Source of the DNA: Epithemia pelagica
Lineage: Eukaryota > Protista > Bacillariophyta
DNA length: 64,000 nucleotides
Assembly: GCA_946965045.2 (NCBI GenBank)
Contig: OX337230.1
Location: 558,001-622,000, forward strand
Reading direction: 5' to 3'
Shown: one piece after another, positions 33,034 through 47,600 of the stretch
How the letters are laid out: each line of letters starts with the position of its first letter
Position numbering within the stretch: position 1 is the stretch's first letter
The notes under the pieces: model-generated
Database searches by the model: none
The model's input: only the letters and a program-made list of their open reading frames with translations
What the model was told of the DNA's origin: nothing
Translations under genes and position numbers: made by a program

Positions 33034-35508
33034 TTACTGGACTTCTTCAATGGGTTCATCCATCGTAAGGGCGATATGTTGGGCTACCAAGGTACACGTT
33101 TGGTTGATTTGACTCTCCGACAAGATGCTTTCGTCATGACCGGGAACAATGATGCGGCGTACACCCACGTTGTTGTTGGTGGTGGTGCTTGCATTGTGGG
33201 CACTTGTCGGGACTTTTTCTTGTGGTGGTTGTTTCCATTGCACCAAGGGGGTAAAGACTTGACTGGCCGCCATGCTGGTAAAGGCTTGTTGATATTCCAG
33301 AACGAGGGCCGCGTCGTGCAAAAAGAGCAAGTGCGTCAATCCGGCACCATGATTGCCTATCAACACGTGAGATTGTCGCATCAACCGCAGCTGTTGCTCA
33401 AACGTCAAGGTTTCCAGGGCTACCAACTCGACCGATGTAATACTACCTGGAACACGTCCTTGTGTTTCTTGCAGGGCTTGTACCAAGGCGGGCAAATTGT
33501 GCAAGAATCGACGCGCTTTTTTGTCCGGGTTGGATCGCGGATGGGCCAGGTAGGGACGTCGATCAATCACAGTCACTTTGCCAGGAATCATGGTCACGTG
33601 TTGCAACTGGTACGCCGTCAGGACGTACTGAACAAAGGCATGCATCATACTGGGACAGACCTTCCAGGATTTCAAAGAAGAAGGAGATTGACTCTGACGC
33701 CACAAAACACTGGAGTATCCCGAAGGTATTAAGGTGACATTTCTGAGACAAACAACGGGTGAAATCTGCTGCTTGTCCTTAGTTTCTTGTTCTTGTTGTT
33801 TTTGTGGTTGGGACTCTCCCAACAAGAAGGACGATTGGATAAAGTAGGTGGGTCCAAACAATTGACGCCACACATCATCCAAGGCTCCTCGTGCATGACC
33901 ATCCAAAAATACAACGGAAACATTGAACACTGGTGAAGGATCCATGATAGTAGTAGGCGAGGGAGAGAGCGTCAAAAAGGTTTGAAACCAATCCATGACG
34001 GTGTGAAACAAGTTGCAATATTCGTAGCGAGTAATCATCAAGACACGCCCCGACAAATGGTGTGTACAGGCCACGGGATCCGGATCGTCCTTGTTGTGGA
34101 GGGACGACGACGACGACATGGATAAATTGTGGTTGGAATTTGTGGATTCCAAATGGCTACTATGAGCAACACTTGCAGACTGAAATGGGACCTCCAACTC
34201 ATCCTCTTTGACTGCTTTTGCTGCGACTGCTGCAGGATCGGTTGACGTACGAAGAATCGTCGAGTTCTTCTTATTCGTGGGTGCTGGCCCAAGATCCCAA
34301 ATTGCCAAATGATCCAAAACTTGCTGAATGTAAAAGAATTGGTCTCGATTTGTTGTTGTTGTTGTTGGTGGTGGTGTAGGTTCCTCGGAGGAGGTCGAGT
34401 TGTTCGTATCATCCACCAAACGACGCAAGGATGAGGATTCCGTAACATTCTGATGGCGATGCAACAACAAGACAAAGGCAGCTTCTGGTCGTCCTTGTTG
34501 AGAATCCCCATGGTGGTTTTGACGATTGTTGTGGCTACTATAAGTGTATTGCGGCAATTCCTCTTGTTCGTCACGACCCACGACAGACGAGACGGTTTCA
34601 TTGCCTCGTGCCTGCAGGGACAACAAGGCGACATGAATTTTCAATTCATTGTCATGACCAAACTGGCTATACGGAATATGTGTGAGGGCATGAACGCGAC
34701 ACCCCGTCATTCGTTCGAGGTTGTGGTTGTGGGTATTGTGGTGGCGGTGGTGGTGGTCCATTGGATGAAAGTGCACAGAGCACTGTCGATAATCGTCGAC
34801 ATGCTCCACGTCAATCAATCGAGGAGCTTTCCAGGAGTCGAGTTGATGGGGAGCAAGACGAAGAATGTTGTTGCCTCGTTGTCGTTGTTGGACGGAAACG
34901 ACCAGTTTGGTCTTGTGCTGGTGCGACGACGACGACGACGACGACTGAGCAAAAGAAGGCTGGGACGTGGGGATTTTGGACGGGGATGTGCGTGTAGTTG
35001 CCAGGGTGTTGTTGTTGCTGCTGCTGTTGTTGTTAGGGTTAGATGAGGATACTGCCGAATGGAACGACCGAGTACGACGAGGATATTCCGCTCTTCTTGT
35101 GGCAAGGTCTTTGGCATTGCGTTCTTTCATTCCATCCGTGTTCGGTTGGACGGCAGACCATACATTGGGTTGTGACATTGTGATTGTCTTGTTGGATGTT
35201 GTTTTTGTTTTTGTTGTTGTGGTGGTGGTGGTGGTGGTGGTTTGGTGAGATGGTGGTATGATGGACGGAGCAAAAGGCTGTTGAAACAGCAACATTGGAT
35301 AGAGATTCATCAACACTGTAGGGCAAAGGACCAAAACTAGGACCAGGAGAATGCATGTGGGAGCCTGTCGACAATGAGTGCGATGACGACGACGACGTCT
35401 TGAAAGGACACTGGAACGACGGACATGTGGTGAATGATGCAACCACTCGTCGGCAGTGTCTTGTTGGTTCCTCGAGCCGAAGGACGGCCGAGGTTGCAAA
35501 GGACTCAT
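33034..35508 (-). CDS. Glycosyltransferase family 61 (EOGT/xylosyltransferase-like), type II membrane protein
   Basis: N-terminal TM (ILLVLVLVLCPTVLM), ITRYEYCNLFHTVMDW, FLDGHARG, IDRRPY and LIGNHGAGLTHLLFL. Confidence 0.85.
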   Translation of the reverse strand: MSPLQPRPSFGSRNQQDTADEWLHHSPHVRRSSVLSRRRRRHRTHCRQAPTCILLVLVLVLCPTVLMNLYPMLLFQQPFAPSIIPPSHQTTTTTTTTTTKTKTTSNKTITMSQPNVWSAVQPNTDGMKERNAKDLATRRAEYPRRTRSFHSAVSSSNPNNNSSSNNNTLATTRTSPSKIPTSQPSFAQSSSSSSSHQHKTKLVVSVQQRQRGNNILRLAPHQLDSWKAPRLIDVEHVDDYRQCSVHFHPMDHHHRHHNTHNHNLERMTGCRVHALTHIPYSQFGHDNELKIHVALLSLQARGNETVSSVVGRDEQEELPQYTYSSHNNRQNHHGDSQQGRPEAAFVLLLHRHQNVTESSSLRRLVDDTNNSTSSEEPTPPPTTTTTNRDQFFYIQQVLDHLAIWDLGPAPTNKKNSTILRTSTDPAAVAAKAVKEDELEVPFQSASVAHSSHLESTNSNHNLSMSSSSSLHNKDDPDPVACTHHLSGRVLMITRYEYCNLFHTVMDWFQTFLTLSPSPTTIMDPSPVFNVSVVFLDGHARGALDDVWRQLFGPTYFIQSSFLLGESQPQKQQEQETKDKQQISPVVCLRNVTLIPSGYSSVLWRQSQSPSSLKSWKVCPSMMHAFVQYVLTAYQLQHVTMIPGKVTVIDRRPYLAHPRSNPDKKARRFLHNLPALVQALQETQGRVPGSITSVELVALETLTFEQQLRLMRQSHVLIGNHGAGLTHLLFLHDAALVLEYQQAFTSMAASQVFTPLVQWKQPPQEKVPTSAHNASTTTNNNVGVRRIIVPGHDESILSESQINQTCTLVAQHIALTMDEPIEEVQ

Positions 35509-36094
35509 TGTCAATTTATATTTTTGGGTGGTGTGTGTCGTTCGAATGCATGGGATAATTCCAGACGGGCATGTCGTTTGAGAGAGAGACCTCTTTTTCT
35601 TGGCTCTGTTCTTGAAAGTTGGGAGGACGACCACAAGAAGAGAACGGTCTCCTGGACGTGGATCGTCGATCGTCGCTCAATTTTTCGGGTGTGTGTAACG
35701 ATAATATGTCTGGACCTTGCAAAACATGAGAGGATATGGTTGGCCGTGCGCGTAACATGAGACGCGCGAGCATGTCAAATGGAGGCTTAACTATCAGCAC
35801 CTTTACGTCAGCCGGTGGGGATGCCTGCTGGTAAGAGCGCGCAGCGACATACATTCCCTCTCGATCTCGAGATCGCATATCGTCGAGTACTCTCACACAC
35901 ATCATGGACGCGTTTCTCTCTCGTGGAAACTACAGACCTTTTGTGCTCCCCCCTGCTTTCTCTCATGGCGAGTTTCTCAGACATAGCTAGTGAACGGTGA
36001 TCTCTAAAAATCGAATCATTGTTTCTCCTCAACAAGATGACTTTGAATTTACATGGCTAGAGTAAGCTTTTACGTAGCTCGCCGATATACCATA

Positions 36095-37758
36095 TTATAG
36101 TGCACCATACAACGACTCGGCGCTATTCAGTGTTGTCCCTTGTTGTCGTCGCCGTTGTGGCACGAAATGATGGCACGTGTTATTGATTTCGGCTTGCGAC
36201 AATTGCGTGGGACTTTCGGATCGAGATCGATGCAACAAGATGCGTTTCAGCCCTTGTACTGTCGTCGTCGTCGTCGTGGTTGTAGTAGTATTCGGATTGT
36301 CGCTGGGTGCGGGCAGTTTCCAATCGGCCAGTGCCCAGGAAAAACTATAGCCATTGGTCGTGTATTCGAGCATCATGGCATTCTGGGACAAGAAAATCAT
36401 GTGAACCATGCCCGCTCCGTGATTGCCAATCAAGACATGGGTTTGTCGCATCAAGGCCACTTGGTCGGCAAAACTCAGGGTTTCCAAGGCTACCAGCGTC
36501 ACATAGGTAACGCCCGGAACGTGGTGTTGCAAATGGTGGACCAAGTCGGGCAAATTGGTCAAGTAGCGGCGTTGTTTTGTGGCATTGATTTTGGTGCGGG
36601 GATGCGCCAAGTAGGGTCGACGATCAATAATGGTAATCTTGCCGGGAATCATGCGGAGGTGGGACAGGTCCAATCCGGCCACTACAAAATCCACAAAGGC
36701 ATGCATCATACTGGGACACTTGGTACCTTGTTTCCACAACGATTGACGTTTGGGATCCAAGACGGTCGCATATCCAGCCGGAATCAAGGTGGCATTGGAC
36801 AAACACACGACGGAATGTTGTTCTTGTTGTTGTGGTGGTGACACATGATTTGTCGGTGCGGATGCGGCACTCGTGGGAACCCCCGTAGCATTTGGTGTTG
36901 CCGGAAAGGACGACTTGATAAAGTAGGTGGGTCCAAACAATTGCCGCCAGGCCGGGTCCAGGGCTCCTTGGGCATGACCATCCAAGAAAATAATCGACAC
37001 GTTGTCGTCAGTGTCCTTGTCCTTGTTCTTGTGGGACAAGGACAAAAAGGGTGGTGCGGGGGACAGGGTCAAAAAGGTTTGGAACCAATCTCGAATGACA
37101 AAGTACACATTGCAATATTCGTATCGGGTAATCAACAAGACGCGTCCGGACACGTAATGGGTACACGCGTCGCTAGCAGCAGCAGTCGTTGTTGTTGTGG
37201 TAGTGGTGGTAGTGGTGGTAGTGGTGTCGGTTGTCGGAGAATTGTCATTTGTCTGCTGCACAATTTTCAAATGCTTCAAAATGTCGTTATTGTAATGAAA
37301 GTGTGGTCGTTCTTGTCCTTTTGGTTGCATTGGTGGACCTTGCTGGTACTGTTGGGAGAAGCCGCCGCTGCACGAATGATGAATCGACCATGAGGGCATC
37401 TCGTCGTTGTAGGGAAGAATAGGGATGGTGAAAAAAAGACGAAGGATTGATTGAGAGGTATCAGGACCGTGACAAAACACAAGAGCAGAAACAAACTCAA
37501 TCCATGGACGGACCGAATCCAGCCTGTCCAACATGATGATGATGATGACAAACTACTACTCTGCATCAATCGTTCTTGGAGCGTTGTTGCATGTCGGAAA
37601 TGAGGATGAGGAGGGAGGTGACGGTGGTATCCGTTGTTCGGAAGCAGGAGAGGAGGAGGAGGTGGTGTGACGATCTGGAAGAGGTGGATGAGAGTGTTCG
37701 TGAAAGATTGAGACGTTGCTGGGAGCTCCGACCATGGAGGGCGATTCTTTCTCAGCAA
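36095..37758 (-). CDS. Second GT61 paralogue, shortened, with a frame discontinuity near 37280-37350 (possible pseudogene)
   Basis: Catalytic part (ITRYEYCNVY, FLDGHAQG, IDRRPY, LIGNHGAGMVHMIFL) lies in ORF 36095-37534, while the TM-anchor-like N-terminus (GLSLFLLLCFVTVLIP) lies in a different frame (37276-37758). Confidence 0.65.
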
Positions 37759-38648
37759 CAGTACGAGGATTCTTGGGACTGATCGTCGACTTCTTTGTCA
37801 TGGTGGTGTGCATATTTGGAGAAGAGTAACTCTCCTTCCGATCTTCTTCTTCTTCTTCCTTTGCCGGACGAAGTGGGTGTCGAATGAATGAGAGAAACCC
37901 TGGAACACCCAAGATTGTTGGGGTCATCCACAGATTCCTCTTTGTTTTCGCAAAATGTGGATAAACGCCGATCTTGACCAAAAGTTTGAGTTGAGAGCTG
38001 GGCCGATGTCTCATCACGACTAAATGGATACGGTGAGCGACGTTTACTTAAACATAACGCTTTGGCTGTTAAAGGGACAGTAATATTTTTTGACTTATTG
38101 CTATAGAGTTCGATGTACATAAAATACGAGTAATCGAAATAAAGGGAACGATTCAAGAGGTGTATATTTGAAAAGAGTGTGTCATTCCCAAACCCCTATA
38201 TCGGGCGATACGATGGGTAGCTATTGCTCTTACATGTACTCCTACTTTTCCGCCTCAAGTGCGATTCATACGAGACTTTACAAAGATCCTTACTCCCAAG
38301 CGTACTGATGAGTCACGCTCATGATTAAGAAATTTGTACATTCAATTACTGACGATGAATCACGATCATTCATGACTCACTCAATGATGCGCTAGGGAGT
38401 ACAAAGATCCGCACATCTGGGGAGGTTCCATCACCGTTGCCAGCTGCTGTGCCATCCAAAAAGGATTCTTTTTCCAGATGCCAACAAACACAGACACACA
38501 CACGTCAAAGGAGTCTGTATCGTTGGTTCCTTGTTTCGTGTGTGTTTGGGACCCTAATAGAGACAAAGATACCAAGCATCATCCAACAAACCAGACGCAT
38601 TCTCCGGCAATCTCTCAAAAGCCGACGACACACTACTATATCAACAGG

Positions 38649-41600
38649 ATGGTGATACTGAGCACCGCCTTTGGTCCAAGACAGGGTCCATCGCTTCGGC
38701 GCATCCAAACCAGATATCCAAATGTCGTTTGTCACCACCGGAATGGATTCCTACTACTACTTCTCCTTTGTTTCTCTCGGTGGTGGTTGCTTCTTGGGAC
38801 CGCCCCCACAACAACAAGAATGATGCTGCTGGTCTCTGCCTTTTCGACGACAACAACAACCACAACTCTACAGACTCCTCTTGGTGTGTCTCGCCGTCGC
38901 CCACTCCAACCAATCACGACACTGACCAGAACAACCAGAGAACGACCAACAAGGGGTGGCAAATTGTCTCGCGACAGGATTGTTTTGTGGGACAGCAACA
39001 AGTCTCCCTCCTTTCCCTTTTTTCAATCGGACGAAGTGGGCGACGACGATGAATATGACGACGCATTTGACGAATATGACGACGACAACGACTCGGCTGC
39101 TTCCAAAAGTAGCAGTAGTTCGACGACTCCTCGTACGTCGGTACGATTGCAAGATTTGGCCCGAGAATGGGCCGCTCGCAATTTGGAGACCCAATCGGAA
39201 CGAAAACACAAGGAATCACCCAAAACCATGTCCTCCTCCAGTGCCTCCTTTTTTGCGTCTTCTGCTTCCACAACGTCGTCCAAACCACCTCGAGGGGCAT
39301 CGTCCTCATCGTCTTCGTTCAAGGGTACGGGCAGCAACCGTCCCAAGACTCCTTCTCCTCCTCCTCCTCGTGATCCAGGCATGCCACCGGGTGGTTATAG
39401 TTTTGGATCCATGGAGTATCATCCCGACATGGGAGATTCATCCTCCTCCTCCTCTTCATCGTCGTCACCCTTTGGAAAAATGCAACTGGAATCCTATGCG
39501 ACGGTTCAACAATGGGTCATGGGAGGAGATACACCCACATCAACGAGCAGCAGCATGAAGAAACAGACATCTTCCCCCACAACCATGAGCAGTGTGACAC
39601 GTCGAACCTTTTCCGTCCCTCCCATTGCCGCTCATCATCCTTACCGGCCAGCACGAGGAGGTTCGTCGTTGACCAGTAAGACGGTTCCGGCGTCGCCTCC
39701 GGCACCACGTCCACCATCCACCACCACAAAAACCACAACAACGACCATGGACGATTTGACACGACAATGGTCGTCGCACCGTCCTCCGTCCGACGACACT
39801 GGGAAACGAGCCGATTATGCTCCCACCACGATCCAATACGACATGGCCGATCCTCCGGAACGATCCAGTAGTAGTAGTTCCAACGACAACGACGACAACA
39901 AACCGAAGGAGGACCAGCCGTCCTCGGCTGCCACCAGGTCGGAAACACCCCGACCATCGGTCCCATCGCCAACACAATCCAATGTCAAGAACACCACGTT
40001 GGAGGAACTTGCCACGGAGTGGGGATCCAGGAATCAGGATTCCAAAGAGGAAACGACCACCATGCCACCCACACAAGTATTTGTGTCGACACCACCAACA
40101 ACAACAACCACGCCAGTGCCAACTCCTTCATCAAAAACACCGACTGTTTCCAGCAATGTTTTGGAACAACTTGCCATGGCATGGACCACCACAAATCAAG
40201 CTCACGAGGAACACACGACAATGCCACCGACACAGGCCTTTGCATCCGACAAAGCACCAGTACCATCGGTAACGACGACACCGGAACTACCCAGTGCCGA
40301 AACGTTGGAGGAATTTGCCACGACGTGGGGATCCATGAATCAGGATTCACAAGAGGAAAAGACCACCATGCCGCCCACACAAGCATTTGTGTCGACATCA
40401 CAAACAATAACGACGCCAGTGCCAACTCGTTCACCAAAAAAACCGCCAGTTTCCAGCAATGTCCTGGAACAACTTGCCATGGCATGGACCACCACAAACC
40501 AAGATCATGAGGACAAAACGACAATGCCACCGACACAGTCCTTTACATCGACACCCACAATTGCATCCGAGGAAGCACCAGTACCATCGGCAACGACGAC
40601 ACCGGAACTACCAAGTGCCGAAAAGTTGGAGGAACTTGCCACGGCGTGGGGATCCATGAATCAGGATTCAAAAGAGGAAAGGACCACAATGCCACCTTCA
40701 CACGTATTTGTGTCTACACCACCAACAACAACGCCAGTGACAGCTCAAGTACCATCACCAAAGACATCGACGGTCTCCAGTAATGTTTTGGAACAACTTG
40801 CCATGGCATGGACCACCACAAATCGAGATCATGAGGACAAAACGACAATGCCACCGACACAGGCCTTTACATCGACACCCACAATTGCATCCGAGGAAGC
40901 ATCAGTACCATCGGTAACGACGACACCGGAACTACCAAGTGCCGAAAAGTTGGAGGAACTTGCCACGGCGTGGGGATCCATGAATAAGGATTCACAGGAG
41001 GAAAAGATCACCATGCCACCCACACAAGCATTTGCGTCTACACCGACAACAACAACCCCGCCAGTGACAACTCCTTCATCAAAAACACCGACAGTTTCCA
41101 GCAATGTTTTGGAACAACTTGCCATGGCATGGACAAGGACAAATCAAGATCATGAGGACAAAACGACAATGCCACCGACACAGGCCTTTACATCGACACC
41201 CACAATTGCATCCCAGGAAGCACCAGTACATTCAAAGGTTACTACGACACCGGAACTACCCAGTGCCAAAAAATTGGAGGAACTTGCCGCAGCGTGGGGA
41301 TCCATGAATCAGGATTCACAAGAGGAAAGGACCACCATGCCACCTTCACACGCATTTGTGTCTACACCACCACCAACAACGCCAGTGACAGCTCCAGTAC
41401 CATCACCAAAGACACCGACGGTCTCCAGCAATGTTTTGGAACAACTTGCCATGGCATGGACCACCACAAATCAAGATCATGAGGAACAAACGACAATGCC
41501 ACCGACACAGGCCTTTGAGTCCGCACCCACAACGACGTCCGAGGAAACTGGCGTAACATCGATCAAAGCTTCGGAAAAATCAAGTCCCAACAAATTGGAG

Positions 41601-44600
41601 GAACTTGCCACGGCGTGGGGATCGAGGAATCAGGATTCGGAAGAGGAACGGACGGCCATGCCACCCACACAAGCCTTTGACTCCCCACCATCATTGACAA
41701 AAGCACCTTCAGTGTCCACTCCAGGACCAAAGAAGCCGACAGTCTCCAGCAACATCCTGGAAAGACTTGCCATGGCATGGACGACCACAAATCAAGATCA
41801 CGACGACAAAACGACAATGCCACCCACACATGCCTTTGTATCAACAGCGACTGCGACAATGCCCAAGGAAACTGTAATGCCAACACCCGTAGCCCCTGTT
41901 CCTGTGTCGTCCACAGCATCCACAATGGATGATCTTGCGGAGGCATGGAAAACAACCAACCAAGATAACGACGATGACAAAGAGGCAACTGTACCAACCA
42001 CACAAGCGTTTGCATCTGTTCCGACAATGGCAGCCACGGAAATTCCAGTTCCATTGGTTTCTACGCCGCCCGAAGTATCCAGTGCCAAGTTGGAGGAACT
42101 TGCCACTGAATGGGAAACCATGAATCAGGATCGAAAAGAGGAAACAACAGCCATGCCACCCACGCAGGCATTTGCCTCTACACACAAAACGACAAAAGCA
42201 CTTCCAGTGCCAACTCCAGTACCAGCACCAAAGAAGACACCGAAAGTCTCCCATAATGTCATGGATAAACTTGCCATGGCATGGACAACCACAAATCAGG
42301 ATACCACAGACACGACGACAATGCCACCGACTAAGGCCTTTGAGTCCGTACCCACAACTACATCCAAGGAAACACCAGTACCATCATTGGTTAGTACGAC
42401 ACCCGAAGTACACAGTGCTAAGTTGGATGAGCTTGCAACGGCCTGGGGATCCATGAATAAGGATTTGGAAGGGGAAAGAACCACCATGCCACCCACACAA
42501 GCATTTGACTCCCCACCGACAACAAAAACAACGCCAGAGACAACTCCAGCACTAGCACCAAAGTCGCAAACAGTCTCGAGTAATGTTCTGGAAAAACTCG
42601 CCATGGCGTGGACAACCACAAATCAAGATCACGAGGAAACGACGGCAATGCCACCGACTCAGGCGTTTGCATCCATTCCCACCGCGAAAAGACCCGAGTT
42701 ACCTGCAGTACCAACACCGGTAGCTCCTGTACCAACGCCTGTGACGCCTGTATCATTAACAGTATCAATGGATCAGCTTGCGGCGGCATGGAAAACAACC
42801 AATCAAAATCACGACGAAAAGGCGACAATGCCACCATCGCATGTCTTTGCCTCCACAACGACAGCGACACCCATGGAAACACCAGTACCATCTATTGCGA
42901 CAACGGAACGAGGAATTACCAATTTGTCGGGTGAACTGGCCACGGCGTGGGGTTCCATGAATAAGGATCATAAAGATGAAACGACAACCATGCTTCCAAA
43001 ACACCCCGTTGGGTCCACGCCGACGACGGCGACAACAACCCCAGTGCTTACACCAAAGGCAACTCAACCACCAACACCGCAAACACCTGCTGTATCTTTT
43101 GGTCATGCCATGGAGAAACTTGCGGCTGCATGGGGATTAATGAATCAAGATAAAAGTGATAAGGTGACAATGCTACCAACAGAAGTCTCTGCATCCCCGC
43201 CGAAAGAGTCCATGGCACACCCAGTACCAGATACGCCACAAACTTTGGTACCAACGCCACCGTCGCCAAGGTCATCCGCAGTTTCAATAGATCATCTCAC
43301 GACTGCATGGGGATCCATGAATCAAGATCACGACGACACGTCATCCATGCCTCCAACTCAAGCATTTAGCTCAAAGCCCTCTACACCAGTGTCAACTCCA
43401 GTACCAGCACCCAAACCACCTGTTATTTCAAGTGTCGACCTAGATCAACTAGCTGTTGCATGGGGATCCATGAATCAAGATCACGACGACACGTCATCCA
43501 TGCCTCCAACTCAAGCATTTAGCTCAAAGCCCTCTACACCAGTGTCAACTCCAGTACCAGCACCCAAACCACCTATTATTTCAAGTGTCGACCTAGATCA
43601 ACTAGCTGTTGCATGGGGATCCATGAATCAAGATCACGACGACACGTCATCCATGCCTCCAACTCAAGCATTTAGCTCAAAGCCCTCTACACCAGTGTCA
43701 ACTCCAGTACCAGCACCCAAACCACCTGTTATTTCAAGTGTCGACCTAGATCAACTAGCGGTTGCATGGGGATCCATGAATCAAGATCACGACGACGGGT
43801 CAACCATGCCACCAACACAAGCATTCATACAAAATCAAGCGACGCCTTATCAGCACGAAACAAAGCTGTCACCAACTTCACCCGCCGACGGAACGTCTAA
43901 ACAAGTCACACCTAACCAATCTTCATCTTCGTCGACGCCAAAATCCACAACTAGCACCAACTCAAAAAATGTACTCAACAATATTTTCGAAAATATCGCA
44001 AATATATGGGGATCGATGAATCAAGATGAGGACACGAGTTCGACAATGCCACCTACAGCCGCCTTTGTTACGTCTGCACCAGCGACGCCTCCTACACCAG
44101 CAACAGTCAAGGAAAGTGCCAAACCAGCAGAACCGCCAGTGGTGTCGTCCGCGACAATGGATCAATTGGCAACGCAATGGGGATCTATGGGATCTATGAC
44201 TCAAGATGAGGACACGAGTTCGACAATGCCACCTACAGCCGCCTTTGTTACGTCTGCACCAGCGACGCCTACTACACCAGCAACAATCAAGGAAAGTGCC
44301 AAACCAGCAGAACCGCCAGTGGTGTCGTCCGTGACAATGGATCAATTGGCAACGCAATGGGGATCTATGAATCAAGATGAGGACACGAGTTCGACAATGC
44401 CACCTACAGCCGCCTTTGTTACGTCTGCACCAGCGACGCCTCCTACACCAGCAACAATCAAGGAAAGTGCCAAACCAGCAGAACCGCCAGTGGTGTCGTC
44501 CGTGACAATGGATCAATTGGCAACGCAATGGGGATCTATGAATCAAGATGAGGACACGAGTTCGACAATGCCACCTACAGCCGCCTTTGTTACGTCTGCA

Positions 44601-47600
44601 CCAGCGACACCTCCTACACCAGCAACAATCAAGGAAAGTGCCAAACCAGCAGAACCGCCAGTGGTGTCGTCCGTGACAATGGATCAATTGGCAACGCAAT
44701 GGGGATCAATGACTCAAGATGAGGACACGAGTTCGACAATGCCACCTACAGCCGCCTTTGTTACGTCTGCACCAGCGACGCCTACTACACCAGCAACAAT
44801 CAAGGAAAGTGCCACACCAGCAGAACCGCCAGTGGTGTCGTCCGTGACAATGGATCAATTGGCAACGCAATGGGGATCTATGGGATCTATGACTCAAGAT
44901 GAGGACACGAGTTCGACAATGCCACCTACAGCCGCCTTTGTTACGTCTGCACCAGCGACGCCTACTACACCAGCAACAATCAAGGAAAGTGCCAAACCAG
45001 CAGAACCGCCAGTGGTGTCGTCCGTGACAATGGATCAATTGGCAACGCAATGGGGATCTATGAATCAAGATGAGGACACGAGATCGACAATGCCACCTAC
45101 AGCCGCCTTTGTTACGTCTGCACCAGCGACGCCTCCTACACCAGCAACAATCAAGGAAAGTGCCAAACCAGCAGAACCGCCAGTGGTGTCGTCCGTGACA
45201 ATGGATCAATTGGCAACGCAATGGGGATCTATGAATCAAGATGAGGACACGAGTTCGACAATGCCACCTACAGCCGCCTTTGTTACGTCTGCACCAGCGA
45301 CACCTCCTACACCAGCAACAATCAAGGAAAGTGCCAAACCAGCAGAACCGCCAGTGGTGTCGTCCGTGACAATGGATCAATTGGCAACGCAATGGGGATC
45401 AATGACTCAAGATGAGGACACGAGTTCGACAATGCCACCTACAGCCGCCTTTGTTACGTCTGCACCAGCGACGCCTACTACACCAGCAACAATCAAGGAA
45501 AGTGCCACACCAGCAGAACCGCCAGTGGTGTCGTCCGTGACAATGGATCAATTGGCAACGCAATGGGGATCTATGGGATCTATGACTCAAGATGAGGACA
45601 CGAGTTCGACAATGCCACCTACAGCCGCCTTTGTTACGTCTGCACCAGCGACGCCTACTACACCAGCAACAATTAAGGAAAGTGCCAAACCAGCAGAACC
45701 GCCAGTGGTGTCGTCCGTGACAATGGATCAATTGGCAACGCAATGGGGATCTATGAATCAAGATGAGGACACGAGTTCGACAATGCCACCTACAGCCGCC
45801 TTTGTTACGTCTGCACCAGCGACGCCTACTACACCAGCAACAATCAAGGAAAGTGCCAAACCAGCAGAACCGCCAGTGGTGTCGTCCGTGACAATGGATC
45901 AATTGGCAACGCAATGGGGATCTATGAATCAAGATGAGGACACGAGTTCGACAATGCCACCTACAGCCGCCTTTGTTACGTCTGCACCAGCGACGCCTCC
46001 AACACCAGCAACAATCAAGGAAAGTGCCAAACCAGCAGAACCGCCAGTGGTTTCGTCCGTGACAATGGATCAATTGGCAACGCAATGGGGATCTATGAAT
46101 CAAGATGAGGACACGAGTTCGACAATGCCACCTACAGCCGCCTTTGTTACGTCTGCACCAGCGACGCCTACTACACCAGCAACAATCAAGGAAAGTGCCA
46201 AACCAGCAGAACCGCCAGTGGTGTCGTCCGTGACAATGGATCAATTGGCAACGCAATGGGGATCTATGAATCAAGATGAGGACACGAGTTCGACAATGCC
46301 ACCTACAGCCGCCTTTGTTACGTCTGCACCAGCGACGCCTCCTACACCAGCAACAATCAAGGAAAGTGCCAAACCAGCAGAACCGCCAGTGGTGTCGTCC
46401 GTGACAATGGATCAATTGGCAACGCAATGGGGATCTATGAATCAAGATGAGGACACGAGTTCGACAATGCCACCTACAGCCGCCTTTGTTACGTCTGCAC
46501 CAGCGACGCCTCCTACACCAGCAACAATCAAGGAAAGTGCCAAACCAGCAGAACCGCCAGTGGTGTCGTCCGTGACAATGGATCAATTGGCAACGCAATG
46601 GGGATCTATGAATCAAGATGAGGACACGAGTTCGACAATGCCACCTACAGCCGCCTTTGTTACGTCTGCACCAGCGACGCCTCCAACACCAGCAACAATC
46701 AAGGAAAGTGCCAAACCAGCAGAACCGCCAGTGGTTTCGTCCGTGACAATGGATCAATTGGCAACGCAATGGGGATCTATGAATCAAGATGAGGACACGA
46801 GTTCGACAATGCCACCTACAGCCGCCTTTGTTACGTCTGCACCAGCGACGCCTACTACACCAGCAACAATCAAGGAAAGTGCCACACCAGCAGAACCGCC
46901 AGTGGTGTCGTCCGTGACAATGGATCAATTGGCAACGCAATGGGGATCTATGGGATCTATGACTCAAGATGAGGACACGAGTTCGACAATGCCACCTACA
47001 GCCGCCTTTGTTACGTCTGCACCAGCGACGCCTACTACACCAGCAACAATCAAGGAAAGTGCCAAACCAGCAGAACCGCCAGTGGTTTCGTCCGTGACAA
47101 TGGATCAATTGGCAACGCAATGGGGATCTATGAACAAAGATGAGGACCCGAGTTCGACAATGCCACCTACAGCCGCCTTTGTTACGTCTGCACCAGCGAC
47201 GCCTCCTACACCAGCAACAATCAATGAAAGTGCCAAACCAGCAGAACCGCCAGTGGTGTCGTCCGTGACAATGGATCAATTGGCAACGCAATGGGGATCT
47301 ATGAATCAAGATGAGGACACGAGTTCGACAATGCCACCTACAGCCGCCTTTGTTACGTCTGCCACAGCGACGCCTCCTACACCAGCAACAATCAAGGAAA
47401 GTGCCAAACCAGCAGAACCGCCAGTGGTGTCGTCCGTGACAATGGATCAATTGGCAACGCAATGGGGATCTATGAATCAAGATGAGGACACGAGTTCGAC
47501 AATGCCACCTACAGCCGCCTTTGTTACGTCTGCACCAGCGACGCCTCCTACACCAGCAACAATCAAGGAAAGTGCCAAACCAGCAGAACCGCTAGTGGTT

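Noticed and set aside
38300-38390. TGAGTCA/TGACTCA motifs upstream of the giant gene as CO2-responsive bZIP elements
   Set aside because: The TGACGT-type CCRE core is absent, and the motifs are too short to support a call.
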